A stretch of 64,000 bases of DNA from Burkholderiales bacterium (GCA_027493935.1 JAOSJV010000010.1:814483-878482), one strand, 5' to 3'. Shown: positions 1-11,898, counted from the first letter of the stretch. Notes: generated from the sequence alone by a model not told the origin. Numbers and translations are program-made.

Positions 1-544
1 CGAGCGCGACCGCGCCGGCCGGCTGCTCGAGCGGCTGCTATTTCGCGAGCTCTTCGAGTTCCGCCTCATGCAGACCGACCCGAACTTCGCCAACTACCTG
101 TACGACCCCGCCGGCCGCCGCATCGTGCTGCTAGACTTCGGCTCGGCGCGTGAATTCAGCCCGGCGTTCGTCGCGAGCTACCGCGAGGTCTGCCGTGCGG
201 TGCTCGCCGGCGACCGCGCCGGCGTGCGCCGCGGCGCGACGGCGATCGGCTACCTTCAGCCCGGGGACCCCGCGCCGCGCGTGCGGGCAGTGGTCGACGT
301 GATCATGCTGGTGTGCGAGCCGCTGCGGCATCGCGGCCGCTACGACTTCGCCGCCTCCGACCTGCCCGCGCGTGCGCGCGACCTCGGCATCGATCTTCTC
401 TTCCGGCGCGGGCTGCTGCGCGCGCCGCCGCCGGAAACGCTCTTTCTGCACCGCAAGCTGATCGGCTCCTACCAGCTCTGCGCGCGCGTCGGCGCGCGCG
501 TGGACGTGAATGCGCTGATCAAGCCGTTCTTGACGACCGATTGA
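1..544 (+). CDS. ABC1/UbiB (AarF/ADCK) family atypical kinase, C-terminal part; 5' end is upstream of the window
   Basis: The frame is open from base 2 to the stop at 542-544. The translation ...MQTDPNFANYLYDPAGRRIVLLDFGSAREF... matches the catalytic-loop and DFG region typical of ABC1 kinases. Confidence 0.7.
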   Translation, partial: ERDRAGRLLERLLFRELFEFRLMQTDPNFANYLYDPAGRRIVLLDFGSAREFSPAFVASYREVCRAVLAGDRAGVRRGATAIGYLQPGDPAPRVRAVVDVIMLVCEPLRHRGRYDFAASDLPARARDLGIDLLFRRGLLRAPPPETLFLHRKLIGSYQLCARVGARVDVNALIKPFLTTD

Positions 545-675
545 CACTTGATGCCGAACGCCCGGCGCAGTCACCGCCGATGACGCACGCATCGCCGGGC
601 TGCGAACACGCGGGTGCGAACCCGCGCACGGCATGGCGCGTCGGCCGGGCGCCAGCCCGGCCCGCCTGCCGAGGT

Positions 676-1818
676 TCAACCCGCCGGCTCGAGCCGCGCG
701 AGCACGCCGTCCGACTCGTCGGTGAGCAGGTAGAGGTGGCCGTCGGGGCCCTGGCGCACGTCGCGGATCCGTCCGAGCGTGCCCTGCAGCATCCGTTCCT
801 CCTTGACGACTTTCTCGCCGTCGAGGCGCAGGCGCACCAGCATCCGGTCGCGCAGTGCGCCGACGAAGAGATCGCCGCGCCAGCGCGGGAACCTGTCGGC
901 GTCGTAGAACGCCATGCCCGAGGGCGCGATCGACGGCACCCAGTAGTGCAGCGGCTGCGCCATCCCGGGCTTGTGCGAGCCCTCGCCGATCTGCGTGCCG
1001 ATGCCGTAGTTCACGCCGTAGGTGACCACCGGCCAGCCGTAGTTCACGCCGGCGCGGATCACGTTCACCTCGTCGCCGCCCTGCGGCCCGTGCTCGTGCG
1101 TCCAGAGCGCCCCGGTCTCGGGATGCAGCGCCGCGCCCTGCATGTTGCGGTTGCCGAGCGTGTACTTCTCCGGCTTGAAGCCCGGTCGGCCCACGAACGG
1201 GTTGTCCTGCGGCACGCGGCCGTCGTCGTGCAGCCGGATTACCGAGCCGGCGTGGTCGCCGGGCCTCTGCGCGCGCGCCATCTCGCCGCGGTCGCCAAGC
1301 GTGAGGAACACGAACCCCGCGCGATCGAATACGATGCGACCGCCGAAGTGACGGCCGGTGCGGCCCTTCGGCTGCTGCCGGAAGAGGAGCTCGACCGTTT
1401 CGAGCCGGTAGCTCCCCGGAGCGCCGGCGAGCCGGCCGCGGGCGAGTTCGGTGCCGTAGCCGTCCGCGCCCTTGCCGGCGAAGGCGAAGTAGACCAGCCC
1501 ATTCTGCGCGAAACGCGGATGCGGCACCACGTCGAAGAGGCCGCCCTGGCCGTACGGTTCGATCGCCGGCAGGCCGGACACCGGCCGCGGCTCGAGCGTG
1601 CCGTCGCGGGCGACGACGCGCAGCCGCCCCGGACGCTCGGTGACGAGCATGCGCCCGTCGGGCAGCCAGGCAACACTCCAGGGGTGATCGAGGCCGCGCG
1701 CCACGATCGAGACGCGCACTGCGTGCTCCTCCGTGGCAATGGTGGGCTGCGCCAGCACGCCCGCCCCGGGCGACGCCGAGGTGCCTGCCGCGACTGCGCA
1801 CGCGAGAACATAGCGCAC
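676..1818 (-). CDS. PQQ-dependent soluble sugar (aldose/sorbosone) dehydrogenase, YliI-like, secreted
   Basis: Family motifs: HPWSVAWLPDGRMLVTERPGRLRVV, GGLFDVVPHPRF, GNRNMQGAALHPETGALWTHEHGPQGGDEVNVIRAGVNYGWP. I place the start at GTG 1818, just before a signal-peptide-like VRYVLACAVAAGTSASPGAG. The listed ORF extends to 2328, but the extra N-terminus is low-complexity. Confidence 0.85.
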   Translation of the reverse strand: MRYVLACAVAAGTSASPGAGVLAQPTIATEEHAVRVSIVARGLDHPWSVAWLPDGRMLVTERPGRLRVVARDGTLEPRPVSGLPAIEPYGQGGLFDVVPHPRFAQNGLVYFAFAGKGADGYGTELARGRLAGAPGSYRLETVELLFRQQPKGRTGRHFGGRIVFDRAGFVFLTLGDRGEMARAQRPGDHAGSVIRLHDDGRVPQDNPFVGRPGFKPEKYTLGNRNMQGAALHPETGALWTHEHGPQGGDEVNVIRAGVNYGWPVVTYGVNYGIGTQIGEGSHKPGMAQPLHYWVPSIAPSGMAFYDADRFPRWRGDLFVGALRDRMLVRLRLDGEKVVKEERMLQGTLGRIRDVRQGPDGHLYLLTDESDGVLARLEPAG

Positions 1819-2136
1819 TGTCGCTCGGTCTGCGGGGGAATCGCATCGCTCGGTCTCCGGGTTCTCGCGGCGAACGGCCGCGCCCGACGGTGAGCGCCCG
1901 ATGACCGCAACCGTCTTTGGCCGCACGAAGCGGCCCGAGTTCCCGCGCCCGGCCGCGACGCCGCGCGCAGCCCCCCCGGCCGCCGCGCGCCCCGGCGCGA
2001 CCGCAGTCCTAACCGCTTGGCCGCGCCCGACGGCCCGCTCTGTCCCTTCGCGACGCCCTGGGGAGCGTGCTCGCGCTTCTGCCCGCGCTCCCGCTGCGCG
2101 GCCGGCTTGTCGGTCTTCGACTGGCTCAGCTTCTTG

Positions 2137-2190
2137 GCCTTTGCCTGTTTCTTCGCCTTTGCCTGTTTCTTCGCCTTTGCCTGTTTCTTC
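2137..2190. repeat. Perfect 18-bp tandem repeat x3 (GCCTTTGCCTGTTTCTTC)
   Basis: Read directly: identical copies at 2137-2154, 2155-2172 and 2173-2190. On the minus strand they encode (KKQAKA)x3 in the frame that starts at GTG 2219. Confidence 0.95.
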
Positions 2191-2296
2191 GCGTTCGTCT
2201 CCCGCTTCGCTTTGCGCACGCAGGCGCAGGCCGATCCCGATGCGTGGGATAATCCGCCGGTCTGCTACCCAACACGGCCCGCGGGGCCCTGACGTC

Positions 2297-2695
2297 ATGG
2301 CCACACCCAATCCTGCAACCGAAATCAAGATGGACGCCTCGGCGCTCTATCGCGAGGAGCTCTACACCGATCGGAAGATGGGCACGATCCGCGTGCTCGC
2401 GCCGGTCGGCGCCGACGGCGCGACCGACGCGAGCCGCGCGGTGCTCTTCGTCGGCGAGGCGCAGATCCTCACGCCGATGGGGGCGATCCCGCTCTCGTTC
2501 CAGATCGACGCCACCTCGCTCGCCGATGCGATCGCAAAGTTCGGCGACGCGGCCAAGGTCGCGGTCGAGCGCACCGCGCGCGAACTGCAGGAGCTGCGGC
2601 GCGAAGCCGCGTCCTCGATCGTGATCCCGGACCGCATCCCGCCCGGCATGGGCGGCGGCGGGCTCGGCGGCGGCGGCAAGATCCAGCTGCCCTGA
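2297..2695 (+). CDS. Hypothetical protein (132 aa) with a Gly-rich C-terminus
   Basis: ATG 2297 lies inside listed ORF 1901..2695. The part upstream of 2297 is Pro/Arg/Ala junk. From MATPNPATEIKMDASALYREELYTDRKMGTIRVL... onward the composition is protein-like. No family recognised. Confidence 0.55.
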   Translation: MATPNPATEIKMDASALYREELYTDRKMGTIRVLAPVGADGATDASRAVLFVGEAQILTPMGAIPLSFQIDATSLADAIAKFGDAAKVAVERTARELQELRREAASSIVIPDRIPPGMGGGGLGGGGKIQLP

Positions 2696-2795
2696 CCCGC
2701 GGCGCGCGCCGGCGTTCGCGCCGGTCCCGCGCTCGCAGTGACGCGACAGCGGCCGCACCGCCGCTTCCTACGGGACAATGCCACCGTCCACTGCT

Positions 2796-3494
2796 TCACA
2801 TGATCCTGAATCGCACCGGCAGCAGGATCGTCTTGTTCGCGCTGGATGGTCCGAGCGTCCCCACCTTGCGCACGGCGCGTAGCGCCGCTGCGTCGAGCTC
2901 CGGATGGCCCGAGCCGCTCGCGATCGACGCATCCAGAATGCGCCCGGTCTCGCCGAGTTCGACGAGGACCACCACCTCGCCCTCCAGCCCGCGCCTCAGG
3001 GCCTCCGGCGGATAGAGCATCTCCTCGGACAGCCGGCCCAGCGTCTCGCGCAGCGCCTCGGGCGGCAGCTGCTCGGCCGCACGCGGCCGCAGACCAGCGC
3101 CGCTCCGCTCGGGCGGCGGCAGGCGCAGGTCGAGTCCGCGCCGCTCCGGCGGTGCGCTCGCCCTCTCGCCGGGCGACCGCGCAATCGGCGGCGCCGTCGC
3201 GGCAGCCGACTTCGGCTTACGTGTCCGCTGCACGCGGCGCTTTGGCTCGATCGGATCCGCGAGCGGCTTCGCGTGCGGCGGGTCGAGCGTGTTTTTCAGT
3301 ACTTCCGGCGGCGCCCCCAACCGGGCCGCGGGAGGCACGAGCCGCGCTTGCAGCGCGGCCTGCGGCGCCTGCGGGGTGCGGACCGCGACGCCGGGCTCGA
3401 CCTCGAGCGCGACGAGCGCGTACACGTGCAGCCCAAGCGAGAGACCGAGCGACCAGCCGAGCGGGCCGCGCGTGCGCGCGTGCGCGGGCTTCAT
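2796..3494 (-). CDS. TonB-family energy transducer (TonB C-terminal domain protein)
   Basis: N-terminal TM segment WSLGLSLGLHVYALVALEV, a Pro-rich linker, and a C-terminal TonB domain YPPEALRRGLEGEVVVLVELGETGRILDASIASGSGHPELDAAALRAV. ATG 3494 is preferred; an alternative upstream start is at 3557. Confidence 0.75.
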   Translation of the reverse strand: MKPAHARTRGPLGWSLGLSLGLHVYALVALEVEPGVAVRTPQAPQAALQARLVPPAARLGAPPEVLKNTLDPPHAKPLADPIEPKRRVQRTRKPKSAAATAPPIARSPGERASAPPERRGLDLRLPPPERSGAGLRPRAAEQLPPEALRETLGRLSEEMLYPPEALRRGLEGEVVVLVELGETGRILDASIASGSGHPELDAAALRAVRKVGTLGPSSANKTILLPVRFRIM

Positions 3495-3614
3495 GCGCGC
3501 TCCCAAGGCCGCTTCGACCTGCACCCGGCAGCTTGGCATGCCTGCGCCTTTTGACAATCGGCCATGGTTCTCGGACTATGAGGGTCTCGACCGCCGGATG
3601 ACAAGCGCATCGTC

Positions 3615-4648
3615 GTGAAACCGCAACACCGCGGCGCTGTCCGCCGCCTGCTGTTGTTGTCCCTGCAACGTGGTGCCGCCGCCGCCCTCGCCGCACTTGC
3701 GCTGGCGTCGACGCCTGCGGCAGGCCGCGCCGAGAGCGAGCTGCCCGATCCAGTGCGCTTCGGCGTGGCGATCGAGTCCGGCGACATCGCTCGCGCGCGC
3801 GAGTGGCTCTCCGCCGGTCTACCGCCGGACTTCCTCGCCGACCGCATCGGCACCGGCATGATGATCGGCGCGTGGGAAGGCAACATCCCTATGATGGCAC
3901 TGTTCCTCTCGCACGGCGCCGACATCAATGCGGCCAACCGGCTCGGCGAGCAGGCGATCATGCACGCCGCCTGGCGCGGCCACGTCGACGCGGTGCGCTG
4001 GCTGATCGAGCGCGGCGCCGAGGTCAGCCGCGAGGGGCTCGCCTGGTCGGCGCTTCACTATGCAGTCTTCGCCGGCAAGCGCGTAGTCGCGGAGCTGCTG
4101 ATCCGGCACGGCGCCGACGTCAACGCGCGCTCCACCAATGGCTCCTCGCCGCTGATGATGGCGGCGCGCGAAGGCCACGCGGAGCTCGCCAGGCTGCTGC
4201 TCGGCGTCGGTGCGGACACGACGATCCGCAACGACTGGGGCGATGATGCGCTCGCCTGGGCGATGCGCAACGGGCACGCGCGCATCGGCCGGATGGTCGC
4301 CCGGCCGGACGAGTTCGCCGCCGCCGCGCGCGCCCCGAGCAGTTCGGTCCGCCGACCCGGTCGCTGCCGCCGCCGGAGCGGCTGGACGCTCTGCATCGCA
4401 AGATTCGCGAGGCGCAGGCACTCGGCTACCTGACCGACGACCTCGAGCGCGAGTACGCGGCGGCCCTGGACGAGATTCGCGAGGCGTGGGAAGGCGAGGC
4501 CGCCGCCGCGGCGGCGGTGGCGCGGCGCAACATGCCCTCGGCGCTCGAGATCCGCGCGCGCCGCGACGCGCCCGGCCGCGAGGACGCGCGGTTCGTCTAC
4601 GAGCACGGCGCGCCGGTGGCCCCGGCGCCGGACGCAGTGGATCCCTGA
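3615..4648 (+). pseudogene. Secreted ankyrin-repeat protein, reading frame broken once (C-run 4333-4336)
   Basis: GTG 3615 and a signal peptide (LAALALASTPAAGRA), then ANK repeats (GNIPMMALFLSHGADINAAN, GHVDAVRWLIERGAEV, SALHYAVFAGKRVVAELLIRHGADVNA, SPLMMAAREGHAELARLLLGVGAD). After ...PDEFAAAARAP the listed frame turns into Arg/Cys junk. The -1 frame continues protein-like (EQFGPPTRSLPPPERLDALHRKIREAQALGYLTDDLEREYAAALDEIREAW...) to TGA 4646-4648. Confidence 0.7.
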
Positions 4649-4651
4649 GGC

Positions 4652-5527
4652 GTGAGCGCGCGCGGCATCTCGAGGTTCGACGCGGCATCGCTCGGCGGCG
4701 GCTTCCGCCACGGCATGGTGCCGGCGGGCGACGTGGCGCTGCATGTCGTGCGCGGCGGCAGCGGCGATCCGCTTGTCCTGCTCGCCGGCTGGCCGCAGTC
4801 GTGGTACGCCTGGCGCAAGGTGATGCCGCGGCTCGCCGAGCGCTACGCGGTCTGCGCAATCGACCTGCCGGGCATGGGCGACTCGCAACGCCCGGCCGCG
4901 GACTACGACGTCGCCGCAGTGGCGCGGCGCGTGCGCCAGGCGCTCGCCGCGCTCGGCATCGAGCGCTGCCTGCTCGTCACGCACGACATCGGCACCTGGG
5001 TGGCGTTCCGGTTCGCGCACGAGTACCGCGCGGTGGTGCGCAAGGTCGTGCTGATGGATGCCGCCATCCCGGGCCTCTACGCGCCGCCGCCGGATCCCAA
5101 GCTGTGGCATTTCGGCTTCAACCAGCAGCGCGGGCTCGCCGAGGCGCTCACCGAGGGGCGCGAGCGGGTCTTCCTCGAATGGTTCTTCCGCAACCGCGCG
5201 CTCGTGACCAACGCGATCGGCGAGGCGGATCTCGACGAGTACGAGCGCGTGTACGGCGCTCCCGGCGCCATGCAGGCGGGCTTCGAGTACTACCGCGCGA
5301 TGCCGGTCTCGGCAGAGCAGAACCGCGCCCTGGCCGCACGCGGTCGGCTCACGCTGCCGGTCGCGGTGTTCGGCAGCGACACCGCGCTCGGCGCGGTCAT
5401 GATCGAGGCGATGCGCGCGCTCGCCGACGACGTGCTCGCCGAGATCGTCCCCGGCAGCGGCCACTACATCCCGGAGGAGAAGCCCGACCACCTGCTCGCG
5501 CGGCTCGCCGGGTTCCTGCCCGGCTGA
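4652..5527 (+). CDS. Alpha/beta-fold hydrolase (epoxide hydrolase / dehalogenase-like)
   Basis: LLAGWPQSWYAWRKV (HGxP-W-type motif), nucleophile elbow VTHDIGTWVA, C-terminal GSGHYIPEEKPD with the catalytic His. Confidence 0.8.
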   Translation: MSARGISRFDAASLGGGFRHGMVPAGDVALHVVRGGSGDPLVLLAGWPQSWYAWRKVMPRLAERYAVCAIDLPGMGDSQRPAADYDVAAVARRVRQALAALGIERCLLVTHDIGTWVAFRFAHEYRAVVRKVVLMDAAIPGLYAPPPDPKLWHFGFNQQRGLAEALTEGRERVFLEWFFRNRALVTNAIGEADLDEYERVYGAPGAMQAGFEYYRAMPVSAEQNRALAARGRLTLPVAVFGSDTALGAVMIEAMRALADDVLAEIVPGSGHYIPEEKPDHLLARLAGFLPG

Positions 5528-5593
5528 CGCGTCGATGGTAAGGTAGCGCCTGCGCGCGGCCGCGCGCAGGCATCCACCCTTCGGAAAGTAGCG

Positions 5594-6466
5594 ATGAAGC
5601 GAATCTTCCTGTTCCTCGCCACCAACATCGCCGTGCTCGCGGTGATCATGATCGTCGTGAGCGTGCTCGGCGTCGACCGCTTCCTCACCGAGGAGGGCAT
5701 CGACCTCGGCATGCTGCTCGCCTTCTCTGCCGTCGTCGGCTTTGCCGGCGCGATCATCTCGCTGCTCGTCTCCAAGCCGATGGCCAAGTGGTCGACCGGC
5801 GCCAAGGTGATCGATTCGCCGCGCGGCGAAGCCGAGCAGTGGCTGCTCGCCACGGTCAAGCGGCTCGCCGACCGGGCGCAGATCGGCATGCCGGAGGTTG
5901 CGGTGTACGAAGGCGCGCCGAACGCCTTCGCCACCGGCGCGTTCAAGAACTCGTCCCTCGTCGCCGTCTCGACCGGTCTGCTGCAATCGATGAGCAAGGA
6001 GGAGGTCGAGGCGGTGCTCGCCCACGAGGTCGCACACGTGGCCAACGGCGACATGGTGACGCTCACGCTGATCCAGGGCGTGGTCAACACGTTCGTGATC
6101 TTCCTGTCGCGCGTCGCCGGGTTCCTCGTCGACCGTGTCGTGTTCAAGACCGAGCGCGGTGTCGGTCCGGGCTTCTACATCACCTCGATCGTCTTCCAGA
6201 TCCTGTTCGGCATCCTGGCGGCGCTGATCGTGGCGTGGTTCTCGCGGCAGCGCGAGTTTCGCGCCGATCGCGGCTCCGTGGAGTATCTCGGATCCAGCAG
6301 GCCGATGATCAACGCGCTCGCCCGGCTCGGCGGAGCGGAGCCCGGCGCGCTGCCGGAGTCGATGCGCGCGATGGGTATCGCCGACCGGCCCGGCTGGATG
6401 GGGCTCTTCGCGAGCCACCCGCCGATCGAGCGCCGCATCGCCGCGCTGCAGGCGCTCGGGCGTTGA
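5594..6466 (+). CDS. htpX: Membrane zinc metalloprotease HtpX
   Basis: Colinear with HtpX: [15 protein letters not shown]..., [14 protein letters not shown], the HExxH motif in [14 protein letters not shown], and a C-terminal ...[14 protein letters not shown]. Confidence 0.95.
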   Translation: MKRIFLFLATNIAVLAVIMIVVSVLGVDRFLTEEGIDLGMLLAFSAVVGFAGAIISLLVSKPMAKWSTGAKVIDSPRGEAEQWLLATVKRLADRAQIGMPEVAVYEGAPNAFATGAFKNSSLVAVSTGLLQSMSKEEVEAVLAHEVAHVANGDMVTLTLIQGVVNTFVIFLSRVAGFLVDRVVFKTERGVGPGFYITSIVFQILFGILAALIVAWFSRQREFRADRGSVEYLGSSRPMINALARLGGAEPGALPESMRAMGIADRPGWMGLFASHPPIERRIAALQALGR

Positions 6467-6501
6467 CCTGCATTGCGCGACATCCCACAGGAGGCCTCCA
6501 C

Positions 6502-7431
6502 GTGATCCGCATGATTCTCGCCGCCGCGCTCGCAGCGGCCGGCGCCGCGCACGCCGCCGACATGCCGCTGCCCAAGGTCTTCCGAGACGGCGGTTTCCAG
6601 CGGGGCCAGTGGCGCATGGAGATCCTCGAGATGCGCGCCAAGGGCGTCGAGCAGGCCGGCGGCCCCATGCGCGCGATGTCGATGTGCCTGGACAGCGCCG
6701 AGAAGATGGCGCGCGGCAGCGACCGCGGCACCCGCGATTGCAGCTTCCGCCTGCTCAAGGACACCGCCACCGAGGCCGAGATGGAAGTCGTCTGCAAGGA
6801 CGGCACTACGGTGAGCCGGATCACGCGCGAGGCGGACCGGCGCTTCCTGATGCAGGCCACCACGACGCGCGGCGGCGAGACGATGTCGATGAGGGCGCGC
6901 TATGGGTACGAGGGCCCGTGCCGGGAAGGGCAGGGGGCAGGACCGGGCTCGATCTCCATGGGCAGGCAGGACCCACGCTGCCAGCAGGCGCTCGCACGCG
7001 CCGCGCAGATGGATCCGGCCGTGATGTGCGCCAATGCCGGCGCGCAGCGTGCCATGTGCGAGGAGCAGATGCGCAAGTCGCGCGCGCAGATCCAGTCGAT
7101 AGTGCCCGTGACGCCGCGCCGGCGGCGCGCTCAGGCGCCCCGGCGAACCAGCGGCGCGAGTCCGACCAGGCCGGCGAGCGGGCCGGGCAGCAGCAGCCAC
7201 GCGACGCTTGCGCCGAGGTCGCCGAGGCTCGCCGACGCGACCGTGATCGCGACCACGGTGATGAGGAAGCCGATGCTGTTCTGGATCGCGAGCGCGCTAC
7301 CCACGAGCTCGGGCGGGCACGCGCGCGCCGAGAGCGCAGAGAACTGCGGCGAGTCGGCGACCACTGCGACGCCCCAGAAGAGGAGCAGCGCCAGCAGCGC
7401 CGCAGCCGGCAGGCCCTGCGCGAGCGGATAG
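6502..7431 (+). CDS. DUF3617-like secreted/lipoprotein; 3' end unreliable
   Basis: GGAGG at 6490-6494 precedes GTG 6502. A signal peptide ([17 protein letters not shown]) is followed by QRGQWRMEI...[10 protein letters not shown]...[43 protein letters not shown]..., typical of DUF3617. No in-frame stop occurs until 7431, about 300 bp into the convergent MFS gene. Confidence 0.5.
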   Translation: MIRMILAAALAAAGAAHAADMPLPKVFRDGGFQRGQWRMEILEMRAKGVEQAGGPMRAMSMCLDSAEKMARGSDRGTRDCSFRLLKDTATEAEMEVVCKDGTTVSRITREADRRFLMQATTTRGGETMSMRARYGYEGPCREGQGAGPGSISMGRQDPRCQQALARAAQMDPAVMCANAGAQRAMCEEQMRKSRAQIQSIVPVTPRRRRAQAPRRTSGASPTRPASGPGSSSHATLAPRSPRLADATVIATTVMRKPMLFWIASALPTSSGGHARAESAENCGESATTATPQKRSSASSAAAGRPCASG

Positions 7432-8303
7432 GCGAGGCACGCCGCGCCCGAGCCCGCGAGCGCCAGTGCAGCGACGCGTGCCCCGCCGATGCGCCGGGAG
7501 AGCCGCCCACCGAGGATGCAGCCGAGGCCGCCGGCGCCGATCACCGCGAACGCCCACGCCGAAACCACGAGCGGCGAGCGCATCCCGGCCTCGGCCAGCA
7601 CCGGGACGAGCAGGAACGGCACGATCGTCCAGAAGGCGTAGAGCTCCCACATGTGCCCGAAGTAGCCGAACGCCGCGGCGCGGTAGGCGGGAATGCGGAA
7701 TGCGCGCGCGACCGATCCCCATCCCGGGCGCAGGGCGGCGCCCGCCTTCAGGTGCGGCCCGTCGCCGAGCCGGAACACGATCACCGCGGCGCCGAGCGCC
7801 AGCACCGAGCTTGCGAGCACGACGTGCGTCCACGGCCAGCCGCTGCCGGCGGCGCGCACCGCGTGCGGCAGCGCGGTGCCGAAGGTGAGCATGCCGACCA
7901 GCCAGCCGAGCGCCTCGCCGGCGCGCCCGGGCGCCCAGCTCACGACGAGCTTCATGCCGAGCGGGTACACGCCGGCGAGTGCGAGGCCGGTCACGAACCG
8001 GTAGATCCACGCATCGGCGAGCCCGGTCGCAAGGAGCGCGAAGCCGGCGTTCGAGACCGCCCCTAGCACGGCGCACGCCGCGACGATGCGGCTCGCCGGG
8101 AAGCGGTCGGCGAGCCCCGACAGCGCGAAGAAAAGCGTGCCGGCGATGAAGCCGAGCTGCACCGCGCTGGTGAGCGCCCCGATGTCGGCCGCGGTGAGCC
8201 CCCAGGTGCGCGCGAGGTCGTCGGCCGCGGCGTTCGCGCTGAACCACAGCGACGTCCCGAGGAGCTGCGCCAGGACGATGGCGGGGATCGGGTGGCGGCG
8301 CAT
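7131..8303 (-). CDS. MFS transporter
   Basis: Multi-span hydrophobic protein with MFS features ([41 protein letters not shown]). ATG 8303; an alternative GTG start is at 8330. Confidence 0.8.
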   Translation of the reverse strand: MRRHPIPAIVLAQLLGTSLWFSANAAADDLARTWGLTAADIGALTSAVQLGFIAGTLFFALSGLADRFPASRIVAACAVLGAVSNAGFALLATGLADAWIYRFVTGLALAGVYPLGMKLVVSWAPGRAGEALGWLVGMLTFGTALPHAVRAAGSGWPWTHVVLASSVLALGAAVIVFRLGDGPHLKAGAALRPGWGSVARAFRIPAYRAAAFGYFGHMWELYAFWTIVPFLLVPVLAEAGMRSPLVVSAWAFAVIGAGGLGCILGGRLSRRIGGARVAALALAGSGAACLAYPLAQGLPAAALLALLLFWGVAVVADSPQFSALSARACPPELVGSALAIQNSIGFLITVVAITVASASLGDLGASVAWLLLPGPLAGLVGLAPLVRRGA

Positions 8304-8408
8304 GTTCGCGACGGTGACGTCGTGCTTCACCCGCCGGCCCGGGACCGGCGCGCGACCCGATCGCGCACGCTATCCCGGGGCGCGCGGCCGCGCGGCGGCG
8401 GGCGCGCG

Positions 8409-9950
<1,542 letters not shown>

Positions 9951-10162
9951 GGCGGGTGGCCTCCTCTGCCCCGCGCCGGGGCGCAGGCGCGACGAAAGTG
10001 CGAAAGTATACGCCTGCGCACGCGGCCGGCCGGTCGGCCGCTCGTGGTGCATTGCCGCATGCGCGGCTGCCGCGGCGGTGCTGCGCGCACCGGACGCGCC
10101 GGGCTCAACTAATCATGTGATAAATTGCGGTAGCGCGGCGCGAAGACCGGAAGGAGGCACGA

Positions 10163-10741
10163 ATGCAGGGCAGTGACTCGCGCGAGCTGCGCGTGTGGAC
10201 GCACGACGAGATGCTGAAGCGCGTGGCCCGCTTCGAGGACCTCACGGGCTCCGATGGTGGGCGCCCCGACAGCGACGTTCCGGAATGCCGGCGCACGCGC
10301 TTCGCCGTGATCGGCTCCCGGCCGCGCGCGGACAGGCGCAACGAGGCCACCGCTTCGCCGGTGGGCGACAAGGCCTCGGCGACGCCGGCGATCCGGATCG
10401 CCGAGGGCCTCAACCCCGGCTGCTGCAAGGCGATGCCCGGCAAGGGCCCGCTGGCGCACAACCACGACACCAACGAGACTTTCGTCGCGATGAGCGGACG
10501 CTGGCGCTGCGAGTGGAACGAAGGCGAAGCCAGGGAGTCGGTCGACCTCGAGCCGCTCGATGTGGTCTCGTTCCCGGTCGGTGTCGCGCGGCGCTTCATG
10601 AACGTCACCTACGAGGAGCTCGACAAGGAGCACGACCTGATGTTCGTGATCGGCGGCAACGAGCCGCAGGCGGAATTCACGCCGCAGGCGATGCGCCGCT
10701 GCGAGGAGTGGCAAGCGCAGAAGGATGCCAAGGGCAGCTAG
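10163..10741 (+). CDS. Cupin-domain protein
   Basis: GGAAGGAGG RBS before ATG 10163. Cupin core GPLAHNHDTNETFVAMSGRWRCEW...LDVVSFPVGVARRFMN. The stop TAG 10739-10741 is rebuilt by the IS630 target TA plus the first base of the IS. Confidence 0.7.
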   Translation: MQGSDSRELRVWTHDEMLKRVARFEDLTGSDGGRPDSDVPECRRTRFAVIGSRPRADRRNEATASPVGDKASATPAIRIAEGLNPGCCKAMPGKGPLAHNHDTNETFVAMSGRWRCEWNEGEARESVDLEPLDVVSFPVGVARRFMNVTYEELDKEHDLMFVIGGNEPQAEFTPQAMRRCEEWQAQKDAKGS

Positions 10742-11898
10742 TGTTCTGATGCATTAATTAGTGGCACTTTTATGACGCCTGTTTGTCTCATGGTAAGTTC
10801 ATTACCAGGAGACAGTGATGGGTCGTGGAAGAGCGCTGCCGAAGCTGGAACTGACCCTCGAGGAGAGCAACCGCTTGGTCGAGTGGGCGCGCCGGCGCAC
10901 CACGGCGCTGGCGCTGCGGGCGCGCATCGTGCTCGGTTGCGCGCAAGGGGGCGAACAATACGCAAGTGGCGCAACGCTTGGGGGTGAAGCAGCAGACGGT
11001 AGGCAAGTGGCGGGGGCGTTTCGTCGCGCAGCGGCTCGATGGTTTGCTCGATGCGCCTCGTCCCGGACAGCCGCGCAAGATCAGCGACGCGAAGATCGAG
11101 GAGGTGCTGGCAATGACCCTTGAGCGTCGGCCCAAGCAGGCCACGCACTGGAGCACGCGGCTGATGGCCAAGGCGAGCGGCTTGAACCAGACGGCGGTGC
11201 TGCGCATTTGGCGGGCTTTCGGGTTGCAGCCGCATCGGGCCGAGACCTTCAAGCTCTCGACCGATCCGCTGTTCATCGACAAGGTGCGTGACATCGTCGG
11301 CCTGTACTTGGCCCCGCCGACCCATGCGGTGGTGCTGTGCGTGGACGAGAAGTCGCAGATCCAGGCCCTGGATCGCACCCAACCGCTGTTGCCGCTGTCC
11401 TTTGGGGTGCCCGAGCGGCGCAGCCATGACTATGTGCGCTACGGCACCACCACCTTGTTCGCGGCGCTCGATCTGGCCACCGGCAAGGTCATCGGCGAGT
11501 TGCATCGACGTCATCGCAGCAGCGAGTTCCTGAAGTTCTTGCGCACCATCGAGCAGAGCGTGCCCGCGCAGCTCGACATTCACCTGGTCATGGATAACTA
11601 CGGCACCCACAAGTCCCCGACGGTCAAGGCGTGGTTCGCCCGCCACCGCCGCTACCACCTGCACTTCACCCCGACCTCCGGATCGTGGCTCAACCTCGTG
11701 GAGCGCTGGTTCGCCATCCTGAGCCAACGCCAGATCAAACGCGGATCGCATCGCAGCACCCTCGAGCTCGAGAGGGCGATCCGCAACTTCCTCGACCTTC
11801 ACAATCAAGACCCCAAGCCATTCGTGTGGCACAAGAGCGCCGACGAGATCATCGAGTCAGTCGGCCGCTTTTGTACGCGAATTAACGAATCAGTACAC
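10741..11898 (+). mobile_element. IS630-family insertion sequence (1158 bp) with imperfect terminal inverted repeats and a TA target duplication
   Basis: Left end GTGTTCTGATGCATTAATTAG. The reverse complement of the right end is GTGTACTGATTCGTTAATTCG. It is flanked by TA (10739-10740) and TA (11899-11900). It encodes a DDE transposase of IS630 type. Confidence 0.9.

Noticed and set aside
131-1846. Long Arg/Ala/Pro-rich ORFs antisense to or overlapping real genes. Examples: 131..1846(-), 4058..6418(-), 7297..9594(-), 31289..34027(-), 34460..37417(-), 46861..49788(-), 47529..51131(+).
   Set aside because: Their composition is dominated by R/A/G/P and they have no recognisable motifs. Each fully overlaps a gene with strong family signatures on the other strand or in another frame. 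This is the usual stop-codon-poor artefact of GC-rich DNA.
1239-2219. The full 326-aa minus-strand ORF as a real protein.
   Set aside because: Beyond the Lys/Ala-rich first roughly 60 residues it becomes Arg/Ser/Ala junk. It also overlaps the well-supported sugar dehydrogenase gene out of frame. Only the N-terminal segment is kept, as a low-confidence finding.
10946-10950. A programmed ribosomal frameshift in the IS630 transposase at the G5 run.
   Set aside because: I cannot exclude it. However, I noticed no slippery heptamer of the A-AAA-AAG type or obvious downstream structure. The break has the same character (a one-base miscount in a G/C run) as about a dozen breaks in ordinary genes, so an artefact or simple mutation is more parsimonious.
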